Origin: a virus
IMG/VR virus record: IMGVR_UViG_3300017782_000052
Strand: one strand, 5' to 3'
Length of the DNA stretch: 40,962 nucleotides
Shown here: positions 39,241 through 40,962 of the stretch, piece after piece
How the letters are laid out: every line of letters starts with the position of its first letter
Position numbering within the stretch: position 1 is the first letter of the stretch
Notes under the pieces: model-generated
Told to the model about the DNA's origin: nothing
What the model saw: only the letters and a program-made list of their open reading frames with translations
Databases searched by the model: none
Position numbers and translations under genes: made by a program

Positions 39241-40284
39241 TTATAACTCTTTTTCTGCAATAACTTGGCTTACTTGCGTACCTTGATTTGCGCCGGGTGC
39301 GGTGGCAAATAGTCTTACTGAATATATAGACGCATCGCTGGTGGTTTCAGAAGAACCAGCACTTGTAAAACTGACGTTTGGAGTATCTCGCATTGCAACA
39401 GGCCAGAACATATTTAAGCGTCTTTGTGTTTGACTTGTTGTGCTATTTTGCCAAGCATACATATCTAGTGAAGCATCTATTTGATAATAATACCGCTGAC
39501 ACTTTGTAAGCGTAGTGCCGTAGTCCTCGTGTTCAAACGGCGTGGCTGTCTCGCCTACTTCAAACTGTACGCCTGTAATGTATAGAGTTGCACCAGAATT
39601 TTCAGGTAAATAAACACTGTTTGGGGCTAATCGGTATGTGCTAGAGGTAGTCCACTCATTTAATGTACCTGTCTCAGCGTCACTGCCAACACCTATTAGC
39701 CATTCGATTCTAGTTCCAAAACTGTTACTATCCCTTTCATTGCCGCCAAGGGTGGGGCCAGCCACAGTTATTGTTTTTTTCTCCCAAGTGTTTGCCGAAT
39801 CAATCGTGTAATTTGTATAGTAATAGTAAGTTGCAGTGCTGCCACCAAAACCGCCATAATGTGCGAACGAAAAACCATAAGTACCTGTGATACTACCTTT
39901 TACCCAAAACGACAAAGTACAGGTTTTAGCTGCTGATGTACCCCAGTCTAGGTGAAATGTGTTTTGTTTTTCTAATAAAGTATAAAACTGATGCCTGTTA
40001 CTTTCACTAGTTGGTTGTGCTGCTTGAGTGACTGTTGTTATTTTAGAAGCATATCTAAAGCCTTGTCCTAACGGAGCATCTTCAACTTGAGCGTGAGAAA
40101 AATCTCCGCCGCCAGAGCCATCTATATCTGATTTGAATCGATCTACAGAAAGATATGAAGCAGAGGTAGTTGCAGTACCCCCCGCCGCACCACGCTGCGC
40201 GACGTTTTGTGCGCCATTGAAAATCATATTTCTCGCGCCAGTATATTGTTCTTGCGAGGCTGGTAGTATCTTTGAAAGTGCCAT
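39241..40284 (-). CDS. Putative receptor-binding or tail-fibre protein (347 aa) with a lectin/jelly-roll-like core.
   Basis: ITGVQFEVGETATPFEHEDYGTTLTKCQRYYY resembles the vQlE.G..aT.FE.....EL..C.RYy motif I recall from many phage tail-fibre or host-specificity proteins. It has a TAATG overlap with the upstream gene. Confidence 0.55.
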   Translation of the reverse strand: MALSKILPASQEQYTGARNMIFNGAQNVAQRGAAGGTATTSASYLSVDRFKSDIDGSGGGDFSHAQVEDAPLGQGFRYASKITTVTQAAQPTSESNRHQFYTLLEKQNTFHLDWGTSAAKTCTLSFWVKGSITGTYGFSFAHYGGFGGSTATYYYYTNYTIDSANTWEKKTITVAGPTLGGNERDSNSFGTRIEWLIGVGSDAETGTLNEWTTSSTYRLAPNSVYLPENSGATLYITGVQFEVGETATPFEHEDYGTTLTKCQRYYYQIDASLDMYAWQNSTTSQTQRRLNMFWPVAMRDTPNVSFTSAGSSETTSDASIYSVRLFATAPGANQGTQVSQVIAEKEL

Positions 40285-40889
40285 TACGCTATCCTAACTA
40301 TTGACAGAAATGTACAACGTGCAGTGCTGCTACCTGTCGGACTATTATCAGTGTTTAGGTTTAAGTCATCAGATATTGACCAGTCATCACTACCAGCCAT
40401 ATCACAATATGCTTGCATATCTATTTTTGTCGTTGCAGTTGTAGCTTTATAAATGAAGCTACCAGAATAAGCCATGGAACCAACTTCATCAGACCCGCTG
40501 TCTTGTATATGTGAGCCGCTACCTATAATGGGTGTAAAAGTTGAGCCATCTGTTGCAACTCTTATTTGCACCGCCGCATCTTTTATGGTTTCTGTTGAGA
40601 TACTTTGTGACCTCATACCTACACTAAAACTTATTAGATAAACACCGTCACTGCTATCTAATAAATATGCGTCATTTGCACTATCGAATTTTGACTTAGT
40701 GTCATATTTAACTGTACCGCTACCACCAAAATCTACTGTAACTGTACTTTGTGATGACAACCCGCTTTGAGCGGTTGTTAAATCAACGTGAAAGTATTCT
40801 TTGCCAGTAGGCTTAAAATCACCTGTAGTTGAAACGTCGCCACTAAACGTACCAGTAGTAGCTTGCAGTGCTTGATTACTTGGATGTGT
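40284..40889 (-). CDS. C-terminal 201 codons of the wrap-around fibre-like protein (the N-terminus is at 264..1). The C-terminal domain is C1q-like.
   Basis: It is in frame with 1-264 across the circular junction. DGVYLISFSVGMRS ... TKIDMQAY ... CTFLSIVRIA has the same layout as the 37083-38627 proteins. The ORF track shows only the part from an internal TTG at 40760. Confidence 0.7.
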   Translation of the reverse strand, partial: THPSNQALQATTGTFSGDVSTTGDFKPTGKEYFHVDLTTAQSGLSSQSTVTVDFGGSGTVKYDTKSKFDSANDAYLLDSSDGVYLISFSVGMRSQSISTETIKDAAVQIRVATDGSTFTPIIGSGSHIQDSGSDEVGSMAYSGSFIYKATTATTKIDMQAYCDMAGSDDWSISDDLNLNTDNSPTGSSTARCTFLSIVRIA

Positions 40890-40962
40890 GCTGGTCTGCT
40901 GTGCCAGTGAGTTATAGACAACGTAAATGTCATCTGTGGCTGCTACGCTATATCCTACTAGA
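40890..40962. repeat. Terminal overlap, copy 2 (identical to 1-73).
   Basis: Exact 73/73 match to the window start. Confidence 0.95.

Noticed and set aside
1-40962. Searched for lysogeny or diversity systems: integrase, repressor, reverse transcriptase/DGR, invertase for the fibre cassette, and CRISPR repeats.
   Set aside because: No ORF showed the corresponding motifs (no tyrosine or serine recombinase signature, no YxDD reverse transcriptase). No regularly spaced direct repeats were seen.

Overview
The window is a complete genome of a T7-like (Autographiviridae-type) podovirus. A 73-nt exact overlap (1-73 = 40890-40962) closes it into a circle, leaving about 40,889 unique nt. All credible genes lie on the minus strand. 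Read 5'->3' on that strand, and taking the roughly 0.75-kb non-coding region at 31298-32056 as the likely site of the physical genome ends, the order is as follows. First come about 12 small early ORFs, then a single-subunit RNA polymerase encoded as TWO ORFs. The replication module follows: SSB, endonuclease I, primase-helicase, family-A DNA polymerase, a T5orf172/GIY-YIG-like gene, 5'-3' exonuclease, a DUF3310-like protein, MazG and ribonucleotide reductase. Next are gp6.7/gp7.3-like small basic proteins, portal, scaffold, capsid, tail tubular A and B, and internal virion proteins. A gp17-like tail fibre is followed by an unusually large cassette of about 9 further fibre or receptor-binding-type genes, several with C1q/TNF-like signatures. 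The strand ends with membrane and lysis genes, a GH24 lysozyme, small and large terminase, and one small ORF. I saw no tRNA, rRNA, CRISPR, integrase or reverse transcriptase. The most notable observations are: (1) the RNAP gene is split at an ATGA stop/start overlap; (2) an 18-nt motif (TCTAAAGTTACAWC..TAG) occurs five times at T7-promoter-like positions; (3) two of those copies sit in a ~52-nt inverted repeat that brackets the whole early region and non-coding region; (4) there is a tandem array of C1q-like head-domain proteins; (5) a perfect 17-bp inverted repeat brackets the first early ORF. All functional calls come from by-eye comparison with remembered T7 protein sequences and family motifs. 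No database search was run.
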